DNA of 64,000 nt from Octopus sinensis (lineage: Eukaryota), in NCBI RefSeq assembly GCF_006345805.1, contig NC_043002.1, positions 76,074,001 to 76,138,000 of the forward strand. Reading direction: 5' to 3'. The number at the start of each line of letters is the position of its first letter. The stretch's first letter is position 1. Of this stretch, positions 25,854-40,189 are shown piece by piece. The translations under genes and the position numbers were made by a program. The notes under the pieces were generated by a model, which saw only the letters and a list, made by a program, of their open reading frames with translations, searched no databases and was not told the origin of the DNA.

Positions 25854-25883
25854 ACCTATCCATTCTTGTTGCTTCTTTCTCGC

Positions 25884-25931
<48 letters not shown>

Positions 25932-25989
25932 TGTGTGTGTGTATGTGTGTGTGTGTGTGTGTGTGCGTGCGTTTACTTCTATCATTTAT

Positions 25990-26390
25990 TTGTTTTAGTC
26001 ATTAGACTGCGGCTCTGCTGAGGTATTGTCTTGAAGATTGTTGGTCAAACGAATTGACCCCCAGTATACATTTTTCAAGCATGGTACTTATTCTATCAGT
26101 CCATTTAGTCGAACTCTTAAGTCATGGGAGACATAAACACACCAACACCGGTCGTCAAGCGGTGGTGGTGGGACAGACAGGTGTATGCACACTGACACAC
26201 ACACACTCAAACACCCCCTACATACACACACAGACATACGCTGATCTTCTGTCAGTCTCCCACAACCAAATAAATTCAGAAGCATTTTGTCGGCTCAGTG
26301 CTATAGTGGAGACAGATGGCCAAGTTTCCACGCGGTAGAATTGAACGTGGAACCATACAGTGGGGAAGCAAACTTCACTCACCACGCCTA
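25990..26390 (-). mobile_element. Diverged family A CORE-like SINE
   Basis: Collinear similarity to the reverse complement of 7990-8396. Confidence 0.7.
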
Positions 26391-26576
26391 ACATCTCGAA
26401 AAATACCACCTGACAAAATTGCTAGTCCTTGTTCTTTTCAGCTTTCACTACTCCTCTGTATAACAATATATACCTGCGTAGCCAAAAGTTTGGAACATGT
26501 TTTAAAAAATTAATATTCTTATGCCCACGTACAATTCGATTGAAATATATGGAGGTGGAGGGGAGGAGGAGGAGGA

Positions 26577-26910
26577 GACCCCCTTCGGTCATGAATGACC
26601 ATGGGATTGCACATAGAAAGGTACCCTCCGAGGCACAAGTCCGGGCAAGGTTGTTTATGGAAAGCCGGCAGTCGCCCATGCATACCATCCTCCCATCTCC
26701 ACACCACTGAGGTCATTTTAAGGGAGAGGCAAAAGCCGATACAGCTTGGCACCAGTGATGTTGCAACTCATTTCTACAGCTGAGTGAACTGGAGCAATGT
26801 GAAGTAAAGTGTCTTGCTCAAGAACACAGCACACAGCTCGGTCCGGGAATCGAACTCACAACCTCACGATCGTAAGCTCGACGCTCTAACCACTGAGCCA
26901 TGCGCCTTCA
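26577..26910 (-). mobile_element. tRNA-derived SINE (family D) with V/CORE-like body
   Basis: Reverse complement: GGCGCATGGCTCAGTGGTTAGAGC...GAGTTCGATTCCC...GTGTTCTTGAGCAAGACACTTTAC. Confidence 0.8.
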
Positions 26911-26989
26911 CAACGTATATATTTGGGCATTTAATGTAAACATTCTAATTTTCGGACCCTGGTTCGAAACTTTTGGCCAAATAATATTA

Positions 26990-27210
26990 TATCCTTTTCT
27001 ACTCGTAGAACAAGGCACGAAATTTTGAGGTAGGAGGCCAGTCGATGATTAGATCGACCCAGTGCACAACCGGTACTTAATTTGTTGACACCCGAATGGA
27101 TGAAAGGCAAAGTTAACTTCGGCTGAATTTGAACTCGGAACGTAAAGACAGACGAAATATCGCTTAGTATTTCGCCCAGCGTGCTAACGTTTCTGCCAGC
27201 TCGCCGTCTT
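26990..27210 (-). mobile_element. MetaSINE-like SINE (family B)
   Basis: Same head and central domain as 20575-20801. Confidence 0.8.
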
Positions 27211-27855
27211 CAAATAATAATGTATCGGAAACAAAATATAACTTTGAGCATTTAATATAAAAATTATAATTTTCAGACCTATGTCCCAAAGTATTGGCCA
27301 TGAATGTAAGCATTCCTAGTAACGTACAGACATAACGCTTATCGGGTATTTAGCATTTCGATTTCTAGCTGATTTCGGAACAGTTTTTATCCGTCTACTG
27401 AACCAACAAATGATAGAACTGATAGGTGCAATGTAGGTTGTGTTGTTAAAGAGTTCGCTTCCCACACATTCGAGTTCACTTGCAAGGTCCTTGGGTAAGT
27501 GTCTTCTGCTATCGCACTGTGCTGAGTGGATTTGAATGAAGGAAACAGTGAGAAGCCTACCACAGATGTGTGTGTGTGTTGGGTGTTGTCTGCATGCTTG
27601 TTTTTACCTTCTTACCACCCCCACCCCGCTTGATTACCGTTGTTGATTTGTTTATCTTCAGTTCGGCAAAAAGAACGAGGAATAACTACCAAACCTAAAA
27701 AATATGTACGAGGGTTAATTTGTTCGATTAACTCTAGGAGGTGCTGCTCCAGCACAGCCACAGCTAAAGAAATCCCTTTCTTTTTCCCCCTTTGTCTTTC
27801 TCTTTCTCGTTTCCTTTCATTTGTCCTGTATTTTATGGCTTATGTTATTGCTATT

Positions 27856-27955
27856 NNNNNNNNNNNNNNNNNNNNNNNNNNNNNNNNNNNNNNNNNNNNN
27901 NNNNNNNNNNNNNNNNNNNNNNNNNNNNNNNNNNNNNNNNNNNNNNNNNNNNNNN
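27856..27955. other. Assembly gap (100 N)
   Basis: Run of N. Confidence 1.
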
Positions 27956-27967
27956 GTATGTATGACG

Positions 27968-28374
27968 AAGGAGTGGCTATGTGGTAAGTAGCTTGCTTAC
28001 CAACCACATGGTTCTGGGTTCAGTCCTCCTGCGTGGCAACTTGGGCAAGTATCTTCTACTGTAGCCTTGGGTCGACCAAAGCCTTGTGAGTTGATGTGGT
28101 AGACGGAAACTGAAAGAAACGCTTCGTATATCTATATATGGCAGTGTGAATGTGTGTGTGTGTGTGTGTGTCTGTCTGCGTGTCTGTGTTTGTTCCCCCA
28201 CCATCGCTTGACGACCGATGTTGGTGTGTTTGCGTCGCGTAACGTAGCGGTTCGGCAAAAGAGATCGATAGAATAGGTACTTTGCTTACAAACAATAAGC
28301 CCCGGGATCGATCTAATCGATTAAAGTGGTGCTCCAGCATGGTCGCACTCAAATGACTGAAACAAATAAAAGGA
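27968..28374 (+). mobile_element. Family A CORE-like SINE
   Basis: Collinear with 7990-8396. Confidence 0.85.
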
Positions 28375-28640
28375 CATTACGTTCAAATCATTACACTTCT
28401 CCTTTTCCGACACTGGGGCCGCTACATCAAGTTCTTGGCTTAAAACTGGTGTTTTGGAAATGCTTGCCCTGAGAGTAATATAAAGAACTGATTATATATA
28501 AAGTCTTCTTCTTACATTGGAACCAGTTAAAAGTGAAGCGGTTTGGATGCGAATAATTTTTAATCTCTACATTCAGTTAGTAAAACAAAAACATAGCACA
28601 CTTTTCTTACAACTCGGAAATAAATTTTAAATTGATAAAC

Positions 28641-29122
28641 ATAGGAGTGGCTGTGTGCTAAATAGCTTGCTTACCAACCACAGGGTTACGGGTTCAGTTC
28701 TACTACGTGGCACCTTGGGTAACTGTTTTCAACTATAGCCTCGGGGCGTATAAAGCCTTGTAAGTGGATTTGATAGACGGAAACAGCAAGAAGCCGGATG
28801 TATATATATATATATATATATATAGGGAGAATTCACAAAAAAAAAAAAAAAAGACGAAGACAGGTGGTGTAGACAACAAACAGATGTATTAGTATAACGC
28901 TCGGGAAGTGAAAAAGTATTTACATATGTGTGTGAGTGTGTGTTTGTCCCCCACACTCGCTTGACAACCGATGTTGGTCTCATTGCGTCGCCGTAACTTA
29001 GCGGTTCAGTAAAAGTGACCGACAGAATAAGTACTAGGCTTACAAAGTCCTTGGGTCGATTTGATTGACTAAAAGCGGTGCCCCAGCATGGCCGCAGTCA
29101 AGTCATTGAAGCAAAAATAAAG
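28641..29122 (+). mobile_element. Family A CORE-like SINE with a foreign fragment (~28822-28920) inserted in its internal (TA)n
   Basis: SINE sequence resumes after the insert; the insert matches 4793-4885. Confidence 0.8.
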
Positions 29123-29244
29123 GAGCATGTGTAATTTTGATGATACTAAAGATTTTAGGTGTAACTTAAATAGTGTCCATCCCTAATATCCACCAGCAGA
29201 TGCGAATTTGAATATAGTCATGGCCATTGTATTTTCGTTATTCT

Positions 29245-29700
29245 TTTCTCTTCTATGCACAAGGCTCGCAATTTTGGGGCGGGGGTCCAGTTGATTAGAT
29301 CAACCACAGTACACAACTGGTACTTAATTTATTGACCCCTGAAACGATGAAAAGCAAAGTCGACCTCGGCAGAATTCAAACTCAAAACGTAAAGACAGAC
29401 GAAATACCGCTTATCATTTCACCCGGTGTGCTAACGTTTCTGCCAGCTCACCGCCTTATATGAATATTTATTTCTTTATTGCCCACAGGGAGATAAACAT
29501 AGCGGGGACAAACAAGGACAGACTAAGAGATTAAGTCGATTACATCGACTCCAGTGTGTAACTGCTACTTATTTAATCGACCCCGAAAGGATGAAAGGCA
29601 AAGTCGACCTCGGCGGAATTTGAACTCAGAACATAGACAGACGAAATACCGCTAAGCATCTCACCCTGTTCGCTAACGTTTCTTCCAGGTCGCCGCCTTA
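29245..29700 (-). mobile_element. Two tandem MetaSINE-like SINEs (family B)
   Basis: Two heads (gccagctcaccgcc at ~29443-29456; ccaggtcgccgcc at ~29685-29697), each with the central domain. Confidence 0.8.
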
Positions 29701-30515
29701 TTGTATTTCGTTATTAAGTACAACTTCTTTAATAAGAATGTGTATTCATAACTTACTCATCAATTAGTGCAACAAGACTTTCAGACATCTCATGTTTCAA
29801 CCTTGTTGTGTCTCCTCAGCCAAAGCTGAACTAATCAATCTAACGAGAATTTTGTACTCATATTTATAAATTGTTGATGTCTAATGATTTTTGACAACCC
29901 ATAATAAATCGTAGCAGCGTGAATTATAACAATGACAAACATAATCATTTTAAATACGTTTCAACAGAGTCGAACGTGGATATGGTAATTGCTGTTGCTT
30001 TTCGTCGGTAGGGAACAACTTTTCCTGTCATACGAATGTGAGCTCCATAATATATTTGATTAATTAGGGTATTGGCAATTAGGGATATGCATTCGTCTGA
30101 AAGGTGTTACTCTCCAATGGCGAAATACAACGGCGATTAGCATATTTACGTTCGAATCTGTCGGGACGTATTTAAAAATGAATATGTATATCATTTGGTT
30201 CTCCCCATTCACCGTGCACATAGTGGTTTGTCATATATTGTTATCAATGTGACTACTGATATATAGTAGGTTTCTAATATTTTGTTTTCCATTTCATGTC
30301 AAATTTCGCCATCACTAGGAATCACTTTTGGCGAAAATGCATCCGTAACATAGAACTACTTTCATTATAAAGACTGGCTCTTCTTTTCAATACCAGAAAT
30401 TATTTCAGCACTCGCTCAACAATTTCCGAGTGTACAAAGCTCAGATGAATCCTATAAAGAATCATTGCTTCCATATGGAAAACAGTGCCCCGAAAAACAA
30501 ACACACACACACACA

Positions 30516-30554
<39 letters not shown>

Positions 30555-30729
30555 CCGACATCTTGGGCTACATCAAGGGAAAATGTACAAACTGATTTTT
30601 ATTAAATCATTCACACATAACTTCAATCCACTGGCTCGCAGGCGCGGTCTCTCCTCTCAGCCATTTCTATCCATAATGGTTTCTTTTCTTCGGGAGTTAA
30701 CTGGTATAAATATATCTATCACACAGATA

Positions 30730-32021
30730 CGAGGGGCGTTCAATAAGTAATGCCCCTGACCCACTTCCCATAGCAGTAGAGCAACAAAACTTGGCACAGT
30801 TATTAGTCTTTTTCTACATAGGAACCACCCAGAGTTACGCATTTCTCCCATCGTTTGATGCAGCTCTGGAGACCGTTTTTGTAGAAGACCCCAGCTTGGT
30901 CCCCCAACCACGACGTGACTTCAGATATCAAGGCTGCATCATCTGGGAAACGGTTTTTTTCCAAAAACAACTTCATGGCTGGGAAGAGTGAAAATCAGAG
31001 GGTGCAAGGTGGGGAGAGTAGGGGGGATGGGGGAGAAGTTCATAGCTGCACGCCTGTACTTCTGATCTGGCGAGACGCGAGTTGTGGACCGGAGCGTTGT
31101 CCTGCAGGAGGAGGATACCTTTGCTGATCTTGTCCCGCCTCTTGATTTTGATAGCTTCTCTTAATTTCCTCAAAAGTGAAGCATAATAGGCTCCTGTAAT
31201 TGTGGTACCCTTTGCCAGGAAATCTGTCATCACTACTCCGTCCTGGTCCCAGAAGACTGTGAGCATGACCTTGCCAGCGGATGGCTGCACCCTTGCCTTC
31301 TTTGGAGGAGGTGAGTCACGGTGCCTCCACTGCATTGACAGGGCTTTGGTCTCTGGATCATAGTGATGGACCCAGGTCTCATTCTGTGTAATCAGTCTTT
31401 TGAAAAATTTCTACTCATCTTCTTGGCACATCTCCAAATTCATCCTCGAGCACTCGACGCGTTCTTGCTTCTGTAAAGGTGTGAGCAACCTGGGAATCCA
31501 TCTGGCAAACACCTTTTGCATATGCAAATGGTCATGAATGATAGTTTCCACAGATCCGGTACTAATCTTGACCTCATGGGCTATTTGGCGAATAGTTATG
31601 CGTTGACCTTCCAAAATGGCAGCCTCAACTTGACGGACAGATGCCTCATCAATGGCAGAAGCGGGGCAACCAGATCTAGGAGCTGTTTCCACAGAGTTCC
31701 AACTATGTTTGAATTCACGATGCCAGCGTTTTACAAGGTCATATGATGGGGCATCATCACCATAAGTTACTTTCATTTCATCAAAATTCTCCCGTGGTGT
31801 GCAACCTTTCAAATACAAAAACTGGATCACTGCTCGACACTCAACAGGCTCCATTTCACACTTGACTCAGTTCAAACACCTGTAAATCAGAAACCACAAT
31901 TGGTTCAGAGCTGCAATTTGCCACTTAATCTATAAAAATATACATAATTGCACATGCAAAATTTCAGCTAGATCAAACAACTGCAAGTGGATCAGAGGCA
32001 TTACTTATTGAACGCCCCTCG
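30730..32021 (-). mobile_element. Full-length mariner (DD34D) DNA transposon, 1292 bp, with inactivated transposase
   Basis: 25-bp identical TIRs cgaggggcgttcaataagtaatgcc; TA on both flanks; WIPRLL, (Q)NETWVHHYDPETK, LQDNAPVH-...-PYSPHLAPSD with 34 residues between the last two D; ORF split (31411..31854, 30973..31335). Confidence 0.95.
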
Positions 32022-32259
32022 TAATCCTGATCCACTTCATTTACTTTTGCACCTGCCCCAACCTCAGCAGTAACCATTTTACCCAGGCCTTCTACAACCG
32101 GATATCGGAAACTTGAAATGACCTCTTTGTTCATGTCTTTACTCACAAAAAGTTTAAACAAGACATCAGTATTACCGTCTTGTAGGGCCTGCGGAGGCCG
32201 TGGTTAAAGTTTCTTCATCTAGGCCTAGCAAACATGTACATACATGCATACATACATAC

Positions 32260-32318
<59 letters not shown>

Positions 32319-33286
32319 TATGTATACATATATATATACATATAATATAAATATATACATATATATGTGTACACACACACACATATACATATACTTATAT
32401 GTATATTTATATATGTCTGTGTGTGTATATATATACTATGTATATATGTACATATATATAATATATATATACATATATATACATGTATATATATGTATAT
32501 ATATATACATGTATATATATATGTATATACATGTACATATATGTATATATATATGTGTGCGTGTGTGTATATATATGTATATATGTACATATATATAAAT
32601 ATATAAACATATATATACATGTATTTATATACATATATATAAATATATACATACTCATATATATGCATATATACACACACATATAAATACATACACATAT
32701 ATATATATTGAGAGAGAGATATATACACACATATAAGTTAATATGAACAGCCAGGCGCAATGTTATACGCGAAAGGAAAAAGTCAATTATGGCTTAGGAT
32801 GCCGGAGCATCTACATTGCTAGAAATAAGAATTAAAACACTCTTAATGCTGTGGGAGGCGCACATAGAACATGCACACATGCTGACGGGGGAAGCAACCA
32901 CCTCATGACAACTTCGAAAATCCCCAGGCTAGATTTAGTTTCGCCTATGACTAGACATCGTCAGTGATTCTGCTCCGACGGCGTGTGATCGGCTGACCCC
33001 CTTTGCCAGCATATATCTATTTACCATAAAAATTTATGGATGATTTTAGTGAAATGCAATGCGTATACTGACAATCAATCTGATCATATGTTTTGCCGTT
33101 TCAGAGTATTTCCCCTTCTTTTTCCAGTACGTTGAGGTCGTCTTAAGCGACTGAAACCGGTAGCCGCTTAGTTCAAGATGTAAATATTGTTTTTCTGCTC
33201 TCCATGGGAAGGTTTTTTTACTTTTCAATGCACATACAAATACACATACAAATACACACACACACACACAAATGCACACACCCATG

Positions 33287-33323
<37 letters not shown>

Positions 33324-33358
33324 CACACACACCCACACCACCACACACACATATATAT

Positions 33359-33422
<64 letters not shown>

Positions 33423-33462
33423 AAGTGAGTGAGAGAGAGAGAGAGTAATGGAGAGAGAGAGA

Positions 33463-33680
33463 TTATGAGAGGTAATGGTGTCATCGAGACCGAAAGGTAT
33501 CAGGTAATGCTGAATAAGTGCTATAGATAGACCGTAGTTAAGTTCCAGGTTCGCTAATTTTGCGAAGAAGAGGTTCAACGTTGGTCATATGTCAGCGTCG
33601 CGTGTATATAAATTGTTTTTTTCGTAATGATATAAAAAAAACCAAGGCTGTGTACATTTTAGAACATTTATAGATACAAA
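33463..33680. repeat. Fragment homologous to 63233-63440 (extension of the HHR-bearing inverted-repeat element)
   Basis: Shared ttatgagaggt.atggtgt...caggtaatgctga.taagtgctat...ccaggttcg...ggtcatat...agaacatttata. Confidence 0.75.
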
Positions 33681-33719
<39 letters not shown>

Positions 33720-33726
33720 TCTCTCT

Positions 33727-33771
<45 letters not shown>

Positions 33772-34621
33772 CACACACACTAAAAATACTCTGAATCTAG
33801 TCTGCAGATGCTTGACCAGCAAGGGGAAGCGGCTGACCTCCCGTGTCCGAAGGTTATAATGAGCACAGGTTCGTGTGTCACATAGCCAGCTAGAGGCGAT
33901 GGCCTCTTGGAGCTAATCAACGGCAGCATTCGTCCTATATTTCTGGACTGCCATATTAGCTTGGCGATAACTATTAATATCCAGTACCGCTGACCTTTAG
34001 AGAGACTTAGATTTTTTATTTATATACATATATATATAGATATATACATTAATTAATATTAATAAATATTAATTTAAAAATCTGAAAATCATAGAGATCT
34101 ATTTCTTATCCTGTCAGTCTGTTCCAAACCTTATTCGATGTTTATATTAAGGATCGATATTTTATTTGCAACTGTTTCGATCTATTGCAGAAAAGAAAAT
34201 AGGCAGAGTTTCGATTTTTAGTAAAGCTCACCCTTTTCTTCACTCTGTTTCGGGTAAAGGCTTTTCCTTCTTCGATTTCAAAATTCTTGAATATTATTCT
34301 TATATAAGAAAATATTATGTAAATATATCCTCTCACACCCAAATATATTCATTCACATAATATATATCTATTTTATATACACGCATTTATTCATATACGC
34401 CGCCTATCTACATATTTCATATTTCAAGAATGCTCAATAAAACACACACACACACATACTTACGCACATAATACACATATTACATACATACATAAATACG
34501 TACATACATATACGTACATACATACACATACATACGCATATATATATATATATACATATACATACATTTATGTATATATGCATTTACATATACGTGTGCG
34601 TGTATGTATGCGTGCGACGTA

Positions 34622-34698
<77 letters not shown>

Positions 34699-35564
34699 TG
34701 AGTGTAATATATATGTTGGTACACACTATAACTTCTATATCTCTATCTGAATCTCTATCTGTATATAGGTGAGCTTTGTTTCTTATTTATTTTCATTCTC
34801 TCTTCTCAAATAGCTCACCTTTATTTTTCAACGACCAACACCACCGCTGACGGCGCCCTCTACCTGTTTACACATGAAAGAAACTATGGATGATGACAAC
34901 CAATGAAATACAGCATAGCGAAAACTTTTTAAAAATTTATTTATTTATTTATTATAACAGAGATGACAATCGCTTTTGATTTGGTGGGAGGTGGGGTGTT
35001 TTTTGTTGTTTTTGCGTATTTACGTATTTTTCTTCTTCTGTCGAATGTTTAACTGCTTCATCTAACCTTCATCAAAGAGATTTTATCTTCAACGTATGGG
35101 TATAAATGTGTGTGTGTGTGTGTGTGTCTGTGTGTGTGTATCAGGGTGTTTGGGTATGTATGTGTAATCCGTTCATACCCACCCTCAATGCAATATAACG
35201 AAAAATTCAAAGTAAAAGAAACAACAAAAAAAAAGAAACAGATGAATGGGGAAAAAAAGAAAAACAGGATGTAAGGGGTAACAAAAAGAAAAAAAAAATT
35301 AAAGGAAGTGATAAGGGAAGGATATACTGTGCCAAGTTTATGTGTCGCCACATCAAATTTACAACAACAACAACAACAACAGCAGCAGCAGCAATAAAAA
35401 ATATCATAATGATAAATAGATAAAAAAGTAAACAAAACCGAAAGTGAAAGCATAAGAAATGGATCCGTATTCGAAAAATGAATACAAAAAACGTACAATT
35501 GCGCGTGGACGCTAATATATATATACATGTACATGTGTACATATATATATATACATACATACAT

Positions 35565-35631
<67 letters not shown>

Positions 35632-35954
35632 TATATATATATATATATATACTACATATATATATATACTATATATATACATACATTCATATAAATATGT
35701 TTATATATGTATATGAACAATAAAAAGCATGCCATATGTATATGTATGCGCATAAATGTTACACATGCATATCATATTCGTTTGATGTGTACATATATAA
35801 ATATATGATCATAAAAATGAGATATTTTTTTCCTTCATCAATATATACTTAAATGGATAGAAACATATAAGCATGCGAACATACATACATACATGTAAAT
35901 ATATATATGTGTGTATATACATATATATTCATAAATATATATATGTATATGTAT

Positions 35955-36052
<98 letters not shown>

Positions 36053-36395
36053 ATATTGTAGTTACATTTACGCACACCCTCAAACACAAAGGCGCGAGCA
36101 TATCGAAAAAAAATCAATACATCTGAATAGTCCCCTATGCACCCACATACATATATAAATTGTCATAGATATATATTTTGTTTTTAAATAAGAGAATATA
36201 TATATTTGCTCAAATCTGCAGCTGTACTGATGCTGCCATTACCCAATGGTACATACTTTAATAAATATATAAAGTTACACATAAGTAATACGTGTACTAA
36301 AGTACAGACTGCTGCAAACTCGACCAGACTAAAACTTATGTAATAAATAAGAAAGGTTGCTTATGCTGAGTATTTCGAGAAAATATGTGCTCATG

Positions 36396-36475
<80 letters not shown>

Positions 36476-36562
36476 CCTAGCTAGCTAACTAGCCATCTAG
36501 CCATCCATCCATCCATCCATCCATCCATCCATCTATCTATCTATATGTATCAATATATATAT

Positions 36563-36619
<57 letters not shown>

Positions 36620-36681
36620 ACATATATGAATATATTTAATACATATGTATATATGTATATATATATGTATGTATACATACA

Positions 36682-36734
<53 letters not shown>

Positions 36735-37722
36735 CTATCTATCTATCTATATATATATATATGCATATATAAATATGTACATATACGCACATGCAATATA
36801 TATATATATATACTTACATATATGCATATATATACATATATGTATATATCATATGTATTATATATATGCAAATAAATCAGTATATATATTGCATGTTTGC
36901 ACACACACACACACAAGTACGCACACACACCCATATATACATATATGCATACATACATACATGCAATATATATATTTACACACGCACACATATATATAGT
37001 ATATAGTATGTGTGTGTGTGTATGAATATATATATGTATATATGGGAAGAGAATTGCGTGTACATGTAAATACACATACCCACAGATGGACACACGGGTG
37101 TGTACACACTTACGTCTTGCATACACATGCGTGCACATTCTTTGAGTTGTATGTATATATGTATATGTTACGAAACTATGAATTTTATGCATGTATATAA
37201 AATTTTGCTGTTAGAATTTTGAATTCCTATTATTTTCTTATTCTTTTTTTCATTTTTTTGTTGTTCTTTTTTTTTTTTTTTTTTGTTTCTAAAAATCACG
37301 ATATTTTACGATCGCGAAAGCTGATTGTGTCAAAAGATGTGAATAGTACTGCCCTTAGGTCTGTTTATATAACTACGCAATGTAAATAAATACGTCACAA
37401 AAAAAAAACAGACGGGAAACGTAATATAAAAGATGAAGCTGATCGCCATATCAGGAATTATTTGAACGATTAACGTGTGCGATAAAGGCTGTGACGTATA
37501 CTGCTCACTCGCTCACGCATGCACACAGAGACATGCACTTGCACACAATATGCATGCGATATATATATGTATATATACATCTGTGTGGTGTGTGTATATA
37601 TGCACATATATCTATATATATATATATATATAGATAGATATATATGTATGTATGTTTATATGTACATGTGTATATCTATATACATGTATATATTTATACA
37701 TACATATATATATATATGTCCG

Positions 37723-37779
<57 letters not shown>

Positions 37780-37897
37780 GTATATATGTAAAAATTGATA
37801 TATGTGCGGAAAAGAACTTTGACACCCAAATATGTATAATGAAATATGGCTCTCTGGCAAACTCGATTCCCTAAACAGCAAAGTTGGGGGAAACAGC

Positions 37898-37982
<85 letters not shown>

Positions 37983-37985
37983 TAA

Positions 37986-38016
<31 letters not shown>

Positions 38017-38984
38017 AAGAAGAAGAAACATCAGCAATAACAACAACAATAATAGTATATTTATATATGTAAGTTAAAGGGGCTGTCATAGTAACCCCTT
38101 CCCCACGTGTGTGAAAAAAATATAAGCGTAGAAAAACAACAGCAACAGCGACAAACTCAAACAGAATCTATATGCTGATAATATATTTCCTTGAAATATG
38201 AAAGTCTCACAAAAGACTTGAAAGGAAACTGACATACAATATAGTATTAAAAAATATACATATCGAAATGAGAGAATTTTTGAGTTTTCCAGCGTTTTTT
38301 TACCCCCTGGAAAACTTGGAAATATATATCAATATTTTATTTCTTTATTTATGTATTTTAGATTCTTTAATCCATTTTCTTAGACTTTCTTTCTTTTTTT
38401 TTTTTTGCCGCTCAAACTTTATTTCTGTTTTTTTTTTTTTGTTTATATGTAATTTTTTTTTTCTTTTTTGCTTTGTCTATTTATATATTTTATTATATTT
38501 CTCCCATTTCATGTTTAATGGGTGGAAATTGCAGCATGGTGAGTCGATATGTAAGTGTGGTTTGCTGAGCGGGTAGTGTAGCGGAGAACAGGAGACAGGT
38601 TTGGGGTTCGTATTTAAACATCAGCACTGTATTATCTATGGATAAGTCCCTCAGATTAAGCAGTAAGAATAATTCTATTCTAAACAGCAACATAATTGTA
38701 CACTTGACCATCAGGTTGCTCATATTTTATCCCATGAACTTTAAGGAGCCTTCAGGGAATTCTTTACTTGAAATCCCTGCATAAAATAAAAATTCTACTT
38801 TTGGTTCTCCAGCATTCAACCGAATTAAAGAAATCTAATGGCACTTAGATAAACCAAGATAGCGCCAATATATTGAACTCTGCCAATTATTCAATCGTGG
38901 AAATCTCATAAAGCAAGGTAAAATCTCAGAGAACCCAGCATGCGATACAACAATTAGATATTACTCCTAATACAGTCTCCTATA

Positions 38985-39420
38985 TATCTTACTTGTACTT
39001 GTACTTGTGGCGACATTCACCCTGGGCGGGTTGAGTCGGCTTCTTCTATCACCCTCGAGGCATCTCGAACCATCGCAGCAGAAGTTTCGCGGGAATATGG
39101 ATTTCACAAGCAGTCCCCAACAATCCCGCATGTAGAGACATCCTGTTTGTCGCAGATTGTCCGCAGACGCAGAGGTAGAACGACTGAGGAGACGCCGGAT
39201 GCCGAAACAGACACTCCGAGGATTTTCACCAGAGCCCCGTCTGCTGGGTTGTGGCCCTAATACCACTCGGTGTCAGACCAATCCACCTTGGGTGGCCCTA
39301 CCAGGAACCGAAGTTCCCGACGGCATAACTTTGACACTACCCGTTGACAGCGTCCCCGCCACGGTGAGGAGGTGATGGACTATCACCTCCATCTAGATGT
39401 TAGATGCCTTCAATGGAGCT
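38985..39420 (-). mobile_element. GC-rich non-autonomous retroelement, possibly RTE-related, with (AGTACA)n tail
   Basis: Minus strand has tcctggtagggccacccaagg (RTE-5'-like, recalled similarity) and ends in acaagtacaagtacaag. Confidence 0.45.
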
Positions 39421-39725
39421 TATTCATGCTATATGCTGAACTCATTCACACGATTTCCAAGATTTCTTGCTGAAAATATTCATGTGTGAAACTATAGATA
39501 CTCTACTTGGACATCAACTACATTTGACTTCTCAGTCTGGCGGGGCCAGAAACTACGAACATTTTCCCTTTTCCTTTGACTAAATAATAAGGACTAAAGC
39601 AAGTCCTTTTCTCACTTTACTTCCTGTTTGTAGATACGACACCTGGCTATACAGAATAGCTTGAAAGAAAAATTACCTCCGTCAAACTAACATAGCCTTG
39701 ATACTTACTCTTTACTCTTTTACTC

Positions 39726-39926
39726 TTTTACTTGTTTCAGTCATTTGACTGCGGCCATGCTGGAGCACCGCCTTTTAGTCGAGCAAATCGACCCCAGGAT
39801 TTAGTTTTTTTAAGCCTAGTACTTATTCTATCGGTCTCTTTTGCCGACCCGCTAAGTTACGAGGACGTAAACACACCAGCATCGGTTGTCAAGCGATTTT
39901 GTGGGGACAAACACGCATACACAAAC

Positions 39927-39957
<31 letters not shown>

Positions 39958-40133
39958 CATATATACGAGGGTTTCTTTTCAGTTTCCGTCTACGAAATCC
40001 ACTCACAAGGCTTTGGTCGGCCCGAGGCTATAATAGAGGATATAATAGAAGACACTTGCCTAAGGTGCAACGCAATGGGACTGAACCCGGAACCATGTGG
40101 TTAGTAAGCAAGCTACTTACCACACAGTCACTT
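39726..40133 (-). mobile_element. Family A CORE-like SINE
   Basis: Reverse complement collinear with 7990-8396. Confidence 0.85.
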
Positions 40134-40189
40134 ACGGTAGTTAAAATTTCATTCTTCGATTAGAAAGTAAAATATATTCAGGGCATCGT

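Larger units (their letters stand above)
25445..25883. repeat. 219-bp-arm near-perfect palindrome with a 1-nt centre (25664), left-side extension and (TA)n flanks
   Basis: The mirror ORFs 25477..25659(-) and 25669..25851(+) are near-identical; I counted 2 mismatches between the arms. Confidence 0.95.

Noticed and set aside
29789-29825. Minus-strand CTGAGGA-gac...gtt-GAAA-catg motif
   Set aside because: No UH cleavage site and no stem I
39184-39215. CTGAGGA...GAAAC on the plus strand
   Set aside because: Stems II and III do not pair; it lies antisense within another element
39345-39400. HDV-like ribozyme at the 5' end of the RTE-like element (cac-ctcctcacc-gtg)
   Set aside because: L3-like motif is present, but P1, P1.1 and P2 could not be assembled by hand; an RNAMotif search would be decisive
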